Made by a program: the position numbers and the translations under genes. The notes below the pieces were generated by a model. It saw only the letters and a program-made list of their open reading frames with translations, had not been told where the DNA came from and made no database searches. Of a DNA stretch of 64,000 nt, positions 1 to 10,334 are shown piece after piece. The stretch covers positions 416,001 to 480,000 of the forward strand of contig CAWFGE010000010.1 in NCBI GenBank assembly GCA_963815195.1. The letters run 5' to 3'. Positions within the stretch are counted from its first letter, which is position 1; each line of letters begins with the position of its first letter. Source of the stretch: an uncultured Planctomycetaceae bacterium. Lineage in GTDB: Bacteria; Planctomycetota; Planctomycetia; Planctomycetales; Planctomycetaceae.

Positions 1-1188
1 GAACTTCACCGGCGGCGTGTACGTGGCGGTGGCCGACCTGGACGGCGACAACCGCGCCAATATCATCACCGGTCCGGGCCAGGGCGGCGGCCCCAACGTG
101 CGGGTCTTCCGGTCCAGCGACGGGGCGATGATCAGGAACTTCTACGCCTACCCGGGCGGCTTCGCGGGCGGCGTGCGAGTGGCCGCCGCCGATGTGAACG
201 GCGACGGGACTCCGGACATTATTACCAGTCCGGGGCCGGGCGGCGGCCCGGACGTGCGGGTGTTCGATGGCACGACGAACGGAATGACGATTCCCGGTCC
301 ATTGGGCGACTTCTATGCCTATCCGGGCAACTTCACCGGCGGCGTGTATGTTGCGGCCGCCGACTTGGACGGCGACAACCGGCCGGACATTATCACGGGA
401 CCCGACGCGGGCGGCGGCCCCAACGTGCGCGTCTTTCGAGCCAGCGACGGGGCGATGATCATGGACTTCTACGCCTATGGTAACTTCACCGGCGGCGTGC
501 GCGTGGCCGCCGCCGATGTGAATGGCGATGTTATCCCTGACATTATTACCACTCCCGGACCCGGCGGCGGACCGGACGTGCGGGTGTTCGACGGCACGAC
601 GAACGGAATGACGATTCCCGGTCCATTGGGCGACTTCTACGCGTATGGTAACTTCACCGGCGGCGTGTATGTTGCGGCCGCGGATGCAATCGCCGGCATT
701 GACGTGGATGTCATTGCGGAAGCCGGCGCAGGCGGCGGCAACGCTGCCCCTCAGCGCAATCCGATCTGCCCCCGCTTGTGGACGAGGCAATCCGGGAGTT
801 CGAGCAAGCTGGCCTTGCTGCTCCCGGTGCCTTGTCGAACGTGAATATTCAAATCGTGGACTTGCCAGGCGATGAACTGGCGGAAGCCATCGGCAACACG
901 ATTCTTTTGGATGTCGATGCCGCCGGTTTTGGCTGGTTCATCGATCCCACCCCGGCGGACGATGTGGAATTCCAAACGGGTGCTCCCGAAGTCCAGGGAC
1001 GCGTGGACCTGCTCACCGTCATCACCCACGAATTCGGCCACGTGTTAGGGCTAACTCGTGACAACGATCACGCGAGCTTCATGTCTGACCAATTGCCATT
1101 AGGCACCAGATATCGAATTGAAGAGGAAGATCACTCGGCACTGGATTCCATCTTCGCGAACCCATCGCTGTCCGAATTGCTATTGTGA
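1..1188 (+). CDS. 3' part of extracellular FG-GAP-repeat protein with C-terminal HExxH metallopeptidase-like domain (5'-partial, frameshift near 750-780)
   Basis: Repeats GGV(R/Y)VAAAD(V/L)xGDxxxDIITxPGxGGGP in ORF 17..844; overlapping ORF 778..1188 continues with VDLLTVITHEFGHVLGL. Confidence 0.75.
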
Positions 1189-1974
1189 CTCCGCTCCTGC
1201 GACTGGCCGGCAGCACGTTGACCTCGGCCGCGCTTCAAACCATCGTCTCCGCCGCGATCACCCGCTTGGCCGCCGCGGGCCTGGATACCTCGATCCCGGC
1301 CGATGCCCAAGTTCGAGTCGCCAACCTGGATGACGAATTGGGCCTCGCCGGTTCGCAGTTGGTGCTGATCGATGATGACGCGGCCGGTGCGGGCTGGTTC
1401 ATCGATGCCACTCCGTTCGATGATTGGCGATTATGAAGCGCTCACCGATGATTCCGAGTTCGCCTCCACGTCAGCGGCCAACGAACTAGCCGCCGCAACG
1501 GGAAGCCCCGCGGCGGGGCAGGCGCATTTCCTCACGGTGGTCATGCACCAACTCAGCCACCTGTTGGGCTACGGCGACTTGGATCCGGCTTACTCGCCGC
1601 ACGAACTCATGACCGGCAGCCTGGGCACCGGCACCCGCCGACTGTTCAGCGGCGAACCGTCCCAAAAGGCGGGCTCGGAATCGCCAGCCCGCGCATCAAC
1701 CGCTGCGGGAGTCGAATCCGTCCCCGCGGCCGAGATCGATACGAGCCTGCTTCACACGGGCAACTCCAGCGGCACGCCATTGGGCATCGTCTCTGAAACG
1801 GATTCCAACGAAGACACGGTAACCACACACGCAGCGACCGTGGAACCACTGGCCCACCAAACGGACTACGCGGCCATCGACGACCTGTTCGCCGCCGTCG
1901 CAGAGGTTCACCGTGGGAGCCCAGCTCTGGGACCAACTTGGAATCTAGCAACAAAACCGCCTGCCCCAGCGTGA
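1185..1974 (+). pseudogene. Second, degenerate copy of the peptidase-like C-terminal domain
   Basis: DDDAAGAGWFIDATP (1185..1436), then after a frameshift HFLTVVMHQLSHLLGYGDL (HExxH changed to HQxxH) in 1372..1974. Confidence 0.6.
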
Positions 1975-2036
1975 CGAAGACCGCTGAGCGTCAAGAGCGT
2001 CAGGCGAATGACTTTCGGCCTGTGGCTTCCGTTTTG

Positions 2037-2267
2037 TCAGTCTTCCGCATCGAGCGGGGCGGATTCGCAGGAGGCCATAGCGTCGGATACGATGCCGATC
2101 CATCGGCAGGTTTCGCACTCGCAGGGGGAACTCGCTTCCCAGGCCGAAGTGAGCGTCACCGGTTCCGTGAGCTGGTATTCGTCGGCCGCGTGAAAATACG
2201 CCGTGACGTATCCCTGAAGTTGGATTTCGATTCTTAAAAGCTGTCCCTGGCAATTCGGACATCGCAT
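2037..2267 (-). CDS. 76-aa CxxC...CxxC small protein, copy 1
   Basis: MRCPNC...CECETC; same-length paralog at 28079..28309 with conserved frame. Confidence 0.7.
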   Translation of the reverse strand: MRCPNCQGQLLRIEIQLQGYVTAYFHAADEYQLTEPVTLTSAWEASSPCECETCRWIGIVSDAMASCESAPLDAED

Positions 2268-2442
2268 GGTGCGCCTGACTTTCCAAATTACTGATTTGTT
2301 TTCGAATGCCGCTCGCTCGCACCACTCGGTGGAGGAGATTCGGCTGAAGTTTCGGTGCGACAAAGTTGCGTTTCGGGCGTTTCTTCAGATTCTTGTGGCG
2401 CGACAAAGCGAGGGACCACCCAACGCGGCCGATACGAGCCGG

Positions 2443-3012
2443 TTATGACGGCGTGGCGGGGACTTCGCGATTCGATCGGAACTCGGGATGGTTGAACCAT
2501 TCGTTGACCGGTCCCAGGCGGGGAGCGATGGGGCCGGGCGGGGATTCGCGTTTGTCGGCGAGCCGGCGGATGCGGTGGAAGAGTTTTTCCCGTTCCTGGG
2601 AGAACTCGCGGTTTCGCCGGGCCATGACTTTGCGGGCGATCTCGGCTCCGCGAAACTCGTCAAAGGTCGTCCAGTCCTCGCCGTCGATCCACACGAAGCT
2701 GGGCACGAACTTCGGGCTTTGGGAGGCGAACACGCTGCTGCAAAAGCCGATGACCGCGCCGGTGGGGAAGCTCACGTTGATGCCGAGTTTGCTGTAATCG
2801 CCCACGAGCATGCCCACGAACATTTCGCCGGTTTCGACAGGTTGGCCGTTGATGGGCACCCGCACGGTGCCGTAGGCGTTTTTGAGGTCGCTGTTGATGC
2901 AGTCGGCGGCGGTGTTGACCCAGGTGCCCACGTAGCTATGGCCCCAAAAGCCATCGTGCTGTTTGTTGGAGTAGCCGTGGATGATGCTGGCTTCGATCTC
3001 GCCGCACAGCCG
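2443..3012 (-). pseudogene. 3' fragment of glmU-like sugar nucleotidyltransferase/acetyltransferase
   Basis: GEIEASIIHGYSNKQHDGF / GHSYVGTWVN...SDLKNAYG...GDYSKLGIN...TGAVIG; N-terminal part absent, one frameshift. Confidence 0.7.
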
Positions 3013-3461
3013 CGCAGCCGCGATGCGCGTGAAGCTGAGAGGACGAGATTGACGACGTCATTCCAAACAGGGACGCACGGCAAACCGCACGCAGTATCGG
3101 TTGATGTTTCGACCGCCAAGGCGGGTTCTTTCCGGAAACGGCCGAATCGATTCCTCGATCAGGCCGGGCGGCGCAGATCTTGGGAAGGGTCAAAAACCGC
3201 CGAGCGGCGCCGCGTCGAACTGTCGGGGCCAAGCGAAAATTTTTTCGACGTTTGATACCCACGCGAAGCGGCTGGAATTTCCGGCGTTTCGTCCGCAGGA
3301 AACGTCCAGGGGGACTCCATGTCTTGATCCTGCTCCTTGCGCGAACGCGAACACGGCTGTGCCGGCGGCTCGGGGGCACTTTGCTTCGTTCACTTTTGTT
3401 GTCTAATGTGTAGAATAGCCAGCATCGTCAAATACCCCGGGGCCTCGTTCTGACAAAGTGA

Positions 3462-4122
3462 GTGAAATTCATGCCCACCGAACCCGAAGACTTCACGCCG
3501 GCGGCGATCGGCCACCAGCGGCTCAACGAACTCTTGGAGCGGCTCTGCGAACGCGGACTGACGCAGGTCCAGATCGCGTCGAAAGCCGGGCTGCCGCCGC
3601 AGTACATCTCCGACATTAAACACGGCCGGCGCCCGATGACCGAACTGGTCGCCCGCCGGTTCGGCGACGAGTTTGACTTCAATTTCCAATGGCTTTTGGG
3701 CACGAGCGATTCCATGGACAACCCGTCGCCCCGCGCGGTGGCCGCCGCGGGCAGTGCGGTTTGGCTGCCGTTGTTCTCGTCTCCCATCGCCGGCGAGCCG
3801 CGCCAGCACCCCTATTGGAACGGCGCCGGCGTGGAACTCGCCGGTGCCGCGGCCGGGAAAGTCGGCCTGGCGAAACACCCCTACGTTCTCCAATTCGGTC
3901 ATGACGACGTCCAAGGCCGCCTCCGCCGCGGCGATTTAATCTTGATCTCCCAGGCCGCCCATGACGACGCCGAGATTTCTGTCCTGAGCCGCGGCAAGAG
4001 CTTGTTTCTGGCGCAGGGATCAGGACGGCTCCTGGTCGCGAATTGCAAACGGCAAGCCGCTGCCCGACGGGTGTCCGATCACGGGGCACTGCATCGGAAT
4101 CATCTGGTCGGCGCTTGTCTGA
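3462..4122 (+). CDS. XRE/CI-like repressor with degenerate S24-like C-terminal domain (frameshift near 4015)
   Basis: HTH LTQVQIASKAGLPPQYISDIKHGRR, WLLG, LPLFSSPIAGEP, RGDLILIS; alternative frame ends GHCIGIIWSALV*. Confidence 0.7.
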
Positions 4123-4452
4123 TTCGCAACCGTTGGAGCCCACCCGACCGGGATGGGCCCGAAGGCTCGCGGGTTAGCTCTCGGGAAACGCTTTGCAGCC
4201 GGGTCGACGCGGCGGCTGCCGTGGCGGACCATAAAAAAATCAGACGGCGAAACGAATCGCGGCTCGTTTCAAAATCTCGCCCCGTCTTTCAGCCGCCGGG
4301 TCGCCCGGCCCGGCGGCTGCTGACACAGGTCAAATTGTCAAAGAACGGTCCGGACACGCAGTCGCGCCGGCCGGCCCGATCGAATGGGAGCCGGAAGAAA
4401 GAATCGCCGGAGGACTCGAAACACAGCCCAAACGGCAACTCCAATGTGGGTA

Positions 4453-4914
4453 TCAAATCTCCGAATCTTCGCTTTTGTGGGATTGCGGCAGGGAGGGCGT
4501 GGCAGGCGGCGGGACCCGGCGGGGCTTCCCCGTCTCGGGCCGCGGAGCGGTCGTAGTGCGGAGCTCGAGCTGTGCGAAGCGGTCGATCTGCCGCGTCAGC
4601 CGCAACTGCGTCTCGAGCGCGGGCAAGATCCGCTCGATCCGCTCGGGATTCGGCGGACCATTCTCAATGTCCTGCTCGATCGTCTCCTCCAACCAGAGCG
4701 CCAATCGCATGAGTCCGCTGTTGATCGAACCGAGATTCGTGCCCAAGGCGTCCTCTTTTTCGAGCGCATCGGCCAGATAATCCGTAATGCGGGTTAACCG
4801 TGCCGGATGCCGATCGGCCCACGACGAGGGCTGCCGCGAGGTCCGTGGCCCGCAATCAGAAGTTGGGTCGTCTCTGCGAATGGGGTCGTCTCTGGGATCA
4901 GACGTATTTTCCAT
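4453..4914 (-). CDS. Hypothetical helical protein
   Basis: ATG with GGAGG-like RBS; overlaps the upstream minus-strand gene. Confidence 0.55.
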   Translation of the reverse strand: MENTSDPRDDPIRRDDPTSDCGPRTSRQPSSWADRHPARLTRITDYLADALEKEDALGTNLGSINSGLMRLALWLEETIEQDIENGPPNPERIERILPALETQLRLTRQIDRFAQLELRTTTAPRPETGKPRRVPPPATPSLPQSHKSEDSEI

Positions 4915-5377
4915 GGGAGTCCTCCTCGAAAGCACAAACGGGTTTAGAAAAATCGTGGACAGTTTTTGGATTGAGGGTCCACCCGCGCGGTCTGCGGATA
5001 GCCCGTCCGTGAAACGCGAAGCCCTGGGCGTTGAGTAGGGGTTCCAACAGCCGTTTGGCCTCCGCGATCGCGCGGTTGGCGCGGCAGGTTCTCCTCTTCA
5101 GCTCTTTTGCGGTCTTCGACGTTTGCTGCAATACTGCAAGCTCCTCCCGGACGGCGGCGGTGCGCTGGGCGTTCCCGATATATCGAACCGTCTGCTTGCC
5201 GCCCGAGCGAAAGCGAAGCTTGTGGTACGTTCGATCTCCCCGCCGCTCTGCGCTCACAAATCCCTGGCGGGCAAGTTCCTCGAGGTCGTCCGCGGCAATC
5301 CGTAGAGAGCCCAGGACGGGGAACCGCGTGAAAGAATCGTTTGGGTTTCGATCCGGGTTCATTGGCCGTGGCGACAT
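4898..5377 (-). CDS. Hypothetical basic protein, possibly DNA-binding
   Basis: RQGFVSAERRGDRTYHKLRFRSGGKQTVRYIG followed by a coiled coil; operon-like packing. Confidence 0.6.
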   Translation of the reverse strand: MSPRPMNPDRNPNDSFTRFPVLGSLRIAADDLEELARQGFVSAERRGDRTYHKLRFRSGGKQTVRYIGNAQRTAAVREELAVLQQTSKTAKELKRRTCRANRAIAEAKRLLEPLLNAQGFAFHGRAIRRPRGWTLNPKTVHDFSKPVCAFEEDSHGKYV

Positions 5378-5421
5378 GCTCGTTCGTAATATCGGGAAAC
5401 GACGGGACCGTGACAATTACA

Positions 5422-6637
5422 TTACGGTTTGTAACTGGGCTTTTTCGTTTGACGTTTTAGTAGCTCTTTGTGGAGTTTGACGAAACTGTCCACCACGCAA
5501 AGTTGGTCCCGAATGTCGCGGGGGTGGGGCACGTGGTCTTCGCTCAGCCCTCCTTGGATTTGAGCGGTTCGGACGACTTCGAGCGACTGATACCAGAGGC
5601 CCATGAGTTCCGCGGCCGCGAGGAACAAGCACCGTTCGAGCGAATCGGCAGTCGACATCGCGTCCTTTAGCAGCGCTTCCACGACGTCCAAATCGAAGGT
5701 GCAACGAAAGGCCTCCAGCCGGGCGGCGATCTCGCTGGCACCGACGAGGCGTCCCGGCTTTCGAGCCTTTTCCAGAATGCGAAGCAGGTCGCGCCGCTTG
5801 GCCGGATAGTCGTTGGCGGCCTGGGTGCGGATATGTTCCAAAAATCCGTCCGCGGGCAGCGAGTATTCCGCACTTTCCCAGATGCACCTCCGCGCAAGAG
5901 CACTGTCCCGGAACCGGGTTGCGGCAAAAATGCTCTCGTGCTCGGGGGGATCCATCGGCCATACCTCGACGCGTTCGCCGACGTCGAATCCGTACGCATC
6001 TTCTATCTGTAGCAAATGCGAGACGAGTATCGACAGCCCTTCCGGGAACTGATGTTTGGGAAGCGCGAGGCTCGCACCCATGAGAAGCAGCTGATAGCCG
6101 TCGGTGGTGATCGCCGCAGGCTGCAGGGGATGGGAAACCGTGTGGTCGCACAGACGCCGGGCTTGGTCACCCCTGAGTTGGTCTAGGCCCGTGGAAATCG
6201 TCGCTGGGAGACCAAGCGAACGTAAGATGACCCAGTCCTCCGCCGAAAATGCCACGAAGATCTGCATCGTCTCTCCACTGAGTTCACGGGTGCGAAAATC
6301 CCGCGACACGTGGAAGGCCGGCGGATCGTCGGAGATGAGGGATCCTCGTTCGGTGACGATGTCGAACGGTGCCGCCGCTTTCGACGCGCAAAAAAAGGGC
6401 CGGGGTGCCTTCGCATTCGAGGACCGGATTGGGCTGGAATTCGCCGTCACTTTGGCGGAGGAGTACCCGGGCCGACACCAGGTCCTCGTGCTCGAATTCC
6501 GCTGTGAGCGACTCGACGAGGTCGGTTGCGGAGGTCAACTCCCGCATGTAGCGACTGGGGCGCAAAAAAGACCACGGCCCCGTCACCCTTACGGGCGGCA
6601 GGATCTTATAAATTCGCGAGAGGATTTTTCCGGACAC
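5422..6637 (-). CDS. Hypothetical protein (frameshift near 6390), weak TOPRIM-like segment
   Basis: ORFs 6284..6637 and 5422..6450 join; IFVAFSAEDWVILRSLGLPATISTG loosely resembles a degenerate TOPRIM motif. Confidence 0.5.
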
Positions 6638-7236
6638 GGTCGTGGCGACTCCGTTCGTTTTGCTGATGGCCGAGAGCGTCCAGCGGCTTCTGCACGTAAT
6701 TCACTTTTATAGTACTTTCAATAGAACCTTCTGCGTTGTCAAGGCGTAAAGCCGTTTTTTTTCAAATTTCGGCATGAGTACCGGCGCTGAGCGTCTCCTC
6801 GGGTTTTCCTTGGGGGGAGGATTACGCGACACGCGCAATCGCCAAGCGGTCTGCGGCACTTAGCGGATATCGCGGGCGCGGTTAATGCTCAGCGGCCTTC
6901 AGAGAATTGGAAACGCAATCCAATTACCCGCAAATGGCTTGGGACGTCGGACACCTAAAAAAACGCCGAAAGTGCGCCAAAACAAATGCTGCCCGCGGCA
7001 TAGCTTTTGGAAAGGCCTTTTGAGTTAAGTCACAACCCGCGATTTCGGCCTGTCCGGCGGAGTTTCCCGGAATCTTTTCGCCGGTCAGCCCCATGAAAGG
7101 GGACCCCGTTGCAGTGCCCTTCTGCTCAAGCGGCTTTGGAAGTGCGGACGCTCGCACCGGGGTCCAAACGGCAAATTCCGTCGCCCGTTTTTGAGCATTG
7201 AATAGCATCCAGATAACCGAATCGCTTCGTGCGTCT

Positions 7237-7285
7237 AACGCCTCCGGATGGGTCTGATTGAAGACCGATCCGGGGGCGTTTTTTT
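7237..7285 (+). terminator. Terminator/attenuator-like hairpin plus U-tract in the leader of the sigma-like gene
   Basis: aacgcctccggat-g-ggtct / agacc-g-atccgggggcgtt followed by T7; pairing conserved in copies 2 and 3. Confidence 0.7.
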
Positions 7286-7374
7286 GTGCGCTCTCGGAGC
7301 GGTCCGGGGGCGGTGTGTTTTTTTGACACGCCGCTCCCGGCGTGGGGGCGGCCCTAATGAAGGAGGTCGTTCCC

Positions 7375-8025
7375 ATGACCCAACTCTCAACGCCTGCAGC
7401 CGACTTGAGCGCCACGTCTTCGCTTTCGAAAGCCCCTCCATCGGATGCCGCGTGGCACGCGACGTTTCTTCCGATGGTCCCCAAGATCAAAGAGCACGCG
7501 AGTTACCGCTTCCGCGGCTGGCCCGAGGATGTCCGAGAGGAGGCGATCCAAGAGACCCTCGCCAATGCCTGCCAGGCGTATGCCCGACTCGCCCAACGCG
7601 GTGCCACCGACTCAGCCACCTGGAGCAGTCTCGCCAAGTACGCCATCCGGCAAGTTCGGACGGGGCGGAAGGTGGGCGGCTCGCTCAACGTTCGCGATGT
7701 GAGTTCCCGCTATTGCCAACGGCATTACAACGTCACGGTTCAAAACCTCCATCGCTGGGACGATGAGAATCAGGAATGGACGGAGATGGTCGTGGAAGAC
7801 CGCCGGACCACTCCCGCCGACATCGCGGCGCTTCGGATCGACTTCCGGGAGTTCCTAAAATCCCTTTCCCGTCGCCACCGCAAGATCGCGCTCAAGCTCG
7901 CCAAGGGATATTCCACATCGGCTGTGGCCAGGATGTTCCATCTCTCCGTGGGCAGGATTTCCCAGATCCGGCGGGAACTTTTCGATGCCTGGCAAGCCTT
8001 CCACGGCGAGCCCGCCTGCGCCTGA
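7375..8025 (+). CDS. Sigma-70/ECF-like protein, copy 1
   Basis: AAGGAGG RBS; region-2-like EDVREEAIQETLANA; region-4-like LSRRHRKIALKLAKGYSTSAVARMFHLSVGRISQIRREL. Confidence 0.7.
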   Translation: MTQLSTPAADLSATSSLSKAPPSDAAWHATFLPMVPKIKEHASYRFRGWPEDVREEAIQETLANACQAYARLAQRGATDSATWSSLAKYAIRQVRTGRKVGGSLNVRDVSSRYCQRHYNVTVQNLHRWDDENQEWTEMVVEDRRTTPADIAALRIDFREFLKSLSRRHRKIALKLAKGYSTSAVARMFHLSVGRISQIRRELFDAWQAFHGEPACA

Positions 8026-8113
8026 GCTTTGTCAGCATCTCCCACGCGGATTGACCGACTTCATCTCACTTCCTCCGTTCCCTTTCGGTACGAGCAATCA
8101 AGGAGATCCATTT

Positions 8114-8449
8114 ATGTCGTCCCCTTCCCCAAACGAAACCCATTCTCGAAACGGCGAGTCTTCAGGCTCTCTGGTCCCCGCCCGTCTTCCCGCGGCAGTT
8201 TTGATCTCGGCGTTGGAATTCGAAAAGCTCCAACTCCGAGAACGCCGCGAATCGCTCCGCCGAAAGATGGCGGAGGCGGAGGCAGAACTGGTGCGGCTCA
8301 CCAGCCGGCAGGCGGAACTCCAAAAGCTCGACGTGTCGCTCGATCGCTTGCTGAAATATCTGCAGGAGCACAGCTCCAATGAAGAACTGGGCAATGCCTC
8401 CCAGCCTTGCCGAGGCCTCGCCAACGCCGCCGTCGCCGGCACGTTTTGA
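8114..8449 (+). CDS. 111-aa coiled-coil protein, copy 1
   Basis: AAGGAG RBS; heptad-like LEFEKLQLRERRESLRRKMAEAEAEL; same length in all three copies. Confidence 0.75.
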   Translation: MSSPSPNETHSRNGESSGSLVPARLPAAVLISALEFEKLQLRERRESLRRKMAEAEAELVRLTSRQAELQKLDVSLDRLLKYLQEHSSNEELGNASQPCRGLANAAVAGTF

Positions 8450-8561
8450 TCGAGCCTGTGCCGGTTCTGCGATTCCGATAAAGCGAACGGAATCGCGATC
8501 GAGCCCACAATGGGCACCGCGCTATTTAAGAAAAGCGGAAGCCGAGTCTCCGACTCTTGTT

Positions 8562-8612
8562 GCTCACGCGCCGGGGACGTGTTTGGAGCGTTCCCGGTGC
8601 GTGAGTTGTTTT
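8562..8612 (+). terminator. Conserved hairpin downstream of module copy 1
   Basis: ctcacgcgccggggacg / cgttcccggtgcgtgag followed by a T-rich run. Confidence 0.65.
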
Positions 8613-8749
8613 GATCAAAGAAGCTGGCGACAGAAGCCGTTTTTTAGCTCTCAGACGAAATCCCATTGAAGGCTCGGAAAGCATTCGGCGAGTTGCTGCT
8701 CGACTGCGAGGAGCAGACGGCGATCCTACGGCCAAAGAATCCAAGAAAA

Positions 8750-9230
8750 ACCATGGAGGGAACGTGGGACCGACGGCACGGCCAAATCGGCCGGCAACTC
8801 ATCGAGGAAAACCTGTTGGATGCGGTCGTGGGGCGGCCGGCGAATCGACTTTAAGGCACGGGGATTCCCGCCGCGGTTTTGTTGTTCAAAAAGCAGACGC
8901 CGTTTCGAAATGTTGATCTTCATCGACGCCAGCCGGGAGTATGAGCACGGCAAGAACCAGAACCGGCCAAAGGCCGAGCACATTGAAAAAAATGCCGCGG
9001 CGTACAAATCCCGGTGGATCATGGACAAGTACGCCTATGTCGCCGAGTTTGCCGAGATCGAGGAAAATGATTTCAACCTCAACATTCCCCGCTACGTGGA
9101 GCCCGTTGAGGAAGAAGAGGAAATCGACATTCGCCTTGCGCAGGAAGGGATCGATGCCCTCGATCCGGAGTTGGCCCAAGCCCACGAGCAGATGGCCGGG
9201 TATCGGAAGGAACTCAAACTGCTAGAATAA
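8750..9230 (+). pseudogene. hsdM: 3' remnant of type I restriction-modification methyltransferase subunit
   Basis: IEENLLDAVVGxPANxL*GTGIP, FIDASREYEHGKNQN, EIEENDFNLNIPRYV; internal stop and frameshift. Confidence 0.85.
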
Positions 9231-9261
9231 AGAGAGACCCCGGATTTTGGAGAGACTCCGC

Positions 9262-9531
9262 ATGACAACAATTCACACAAGCGTGCAAAACGGCCGCACC
9301 AATGTCGCGGCTCTCGATGGCACCGAAGTCGTGGCGGAGATCGCTTGTGCCGCGAAGAACGATTCTCCGGAGGCCGATATTTTCACCGATTCGCCTGACT
9401 CGATCACCGCGCGGGTCGAGGCAGTCAATCAACTCGAACCGCTGATTTTTGGCGAAGGCGAAGAAGCAAAGATTCAAGCGGAACGAGAGGAACGCAGAAT
9501 AAATGATTCGACCGAGGAGGATCCGCTATGA
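9262..9531 (+). CDS. Antitoxin-like protein 1
   Basis: Paralog of the next gene (MTxIxTxV...DGTEVV...SP..I...LEP); stop overlaps the next start. Confidence 0.55.
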   Translation: MTTIHTSVQNGRTNVAALDGTEVVAEIACAAKNDSPEADIFTDSPDSITARVEAVNQLEPLIFGEGEEAKIQAEREERRINDSTEEDPL

Positions 9532-9812
9532 CAAGTATTCGTACCATCGTCCACGACCGCAAGATTGAAGTCCCCGCTCCCGATGATGTCCCGGATGGGA
9601 CCGAAGTGGTTGTTGAAGTGAGTCCCGCCCGCGAAAAGATCGGGCTGGACGACTCCGAATGGGATAACTCCCCCGAGGGAATCGCCCTGTGGCTGGCTTG
9701 GCTGAATACGCTCGAACCGATCTCCTTCGCCGAACCGGATGCGTTTGACGAGGAGTTTCGACGCTTCAATGTGGAAGCCGTGCGCCGACAGATGGACGGG
9801 GAGGCGTCGTGA
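9528..9812 (+). CDS. Antitoxin-like protein 2 (VapB position)
   Basis: GAGGAGG RBS; overlaps the start of the PIN toxin gene. Confidence 0.7.
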   Translation: MTSIRTIVHDRKIEVPAPDDVPDGTEVVVEVSPAREKIGLDDSEWDNSPEGIALWLAWLNTLEPISFAEPDAFDEEFRRFNVEAVRRQMDGEAS

Positions 9813-10231
9813 AACGCTTCCTGCTCGATACTGGTCCGGCGCAGAAGTTTCTGAATAGCGATCCGAACGTTCGCCCGAGAGCCGAGCTTGGAACGTCGCC
9901 AGGGGCATCGGATCGGGATCTGCACGCCGGTCCTGGGCGAACTCTGGTCGGGCGTGGAAGGCAGCGACACCCGGGACAGGAATTTGCAGAGGCTCAAGCA
10001 CGGTCTCTCCCATCTGGTGATCTGGCCGTTCGACAACGACGCGGCGGGCGAATACGGGCGAATTTTCATCCAACTGAAGCGGATGGGGCGACCGATGCAG
10101 CAGATCGACATCCAGATTGCCGCCGTCGCTCTGTCGTTGGAAACTGCACCGTCGTCACCAGCGACAGCGACCTCTCCGCCGTGCCCGGATTGTCCGTGGA
10201 GAATTGGGAGCTCGAAGAGCAATCAATCTGA
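9809..10231 (+). CDS. vapC: VapC PIN-domain toxin (two compensating frameshifts)
   Basis: FLLDT...VLGELWSG...AAGEYGRI...IDIQIAAVAL...VVTSDSDLSAVPGLSVENW across frames. Confidence 0.85.
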   Translation: MKRFLLDTGPAQKFLNSDPNVRPRAELGTSPGASDRDLHAGPGRTLVGRGRQRHPGQEFAEAQARSLPSGDLAVRQRRGGRIRANFHPTEADGATDAADRHPDCRRRSVVGNCTVVTSDSDLSAVPGLSVENWELEEQSI

Positions 10232-10334
10232 GAACTTTCCGCGTGGGGCAGAAGTCGGAAGTTCAGGCCGAGGGCGGTTGCCATTTCTGAATCGCCGATT
10301 TGGCCCATTTTGCCCCGCGATTTCCTGGACGCTC

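Larger units (their letters stand above)
6929..8695 (+). repeat. Sigma-like module, copy 1
   Basis: High nucleotide identity to 16073..17841 and ~58097..59520. Confidence 0.95.

Noticed and set aside
7085..7120. c-di-GMP-I riboswitch suggested by a GAAA-loop stem
   Set aside because: The conserved GGCAAAC and GGACGCAAA elements are absent
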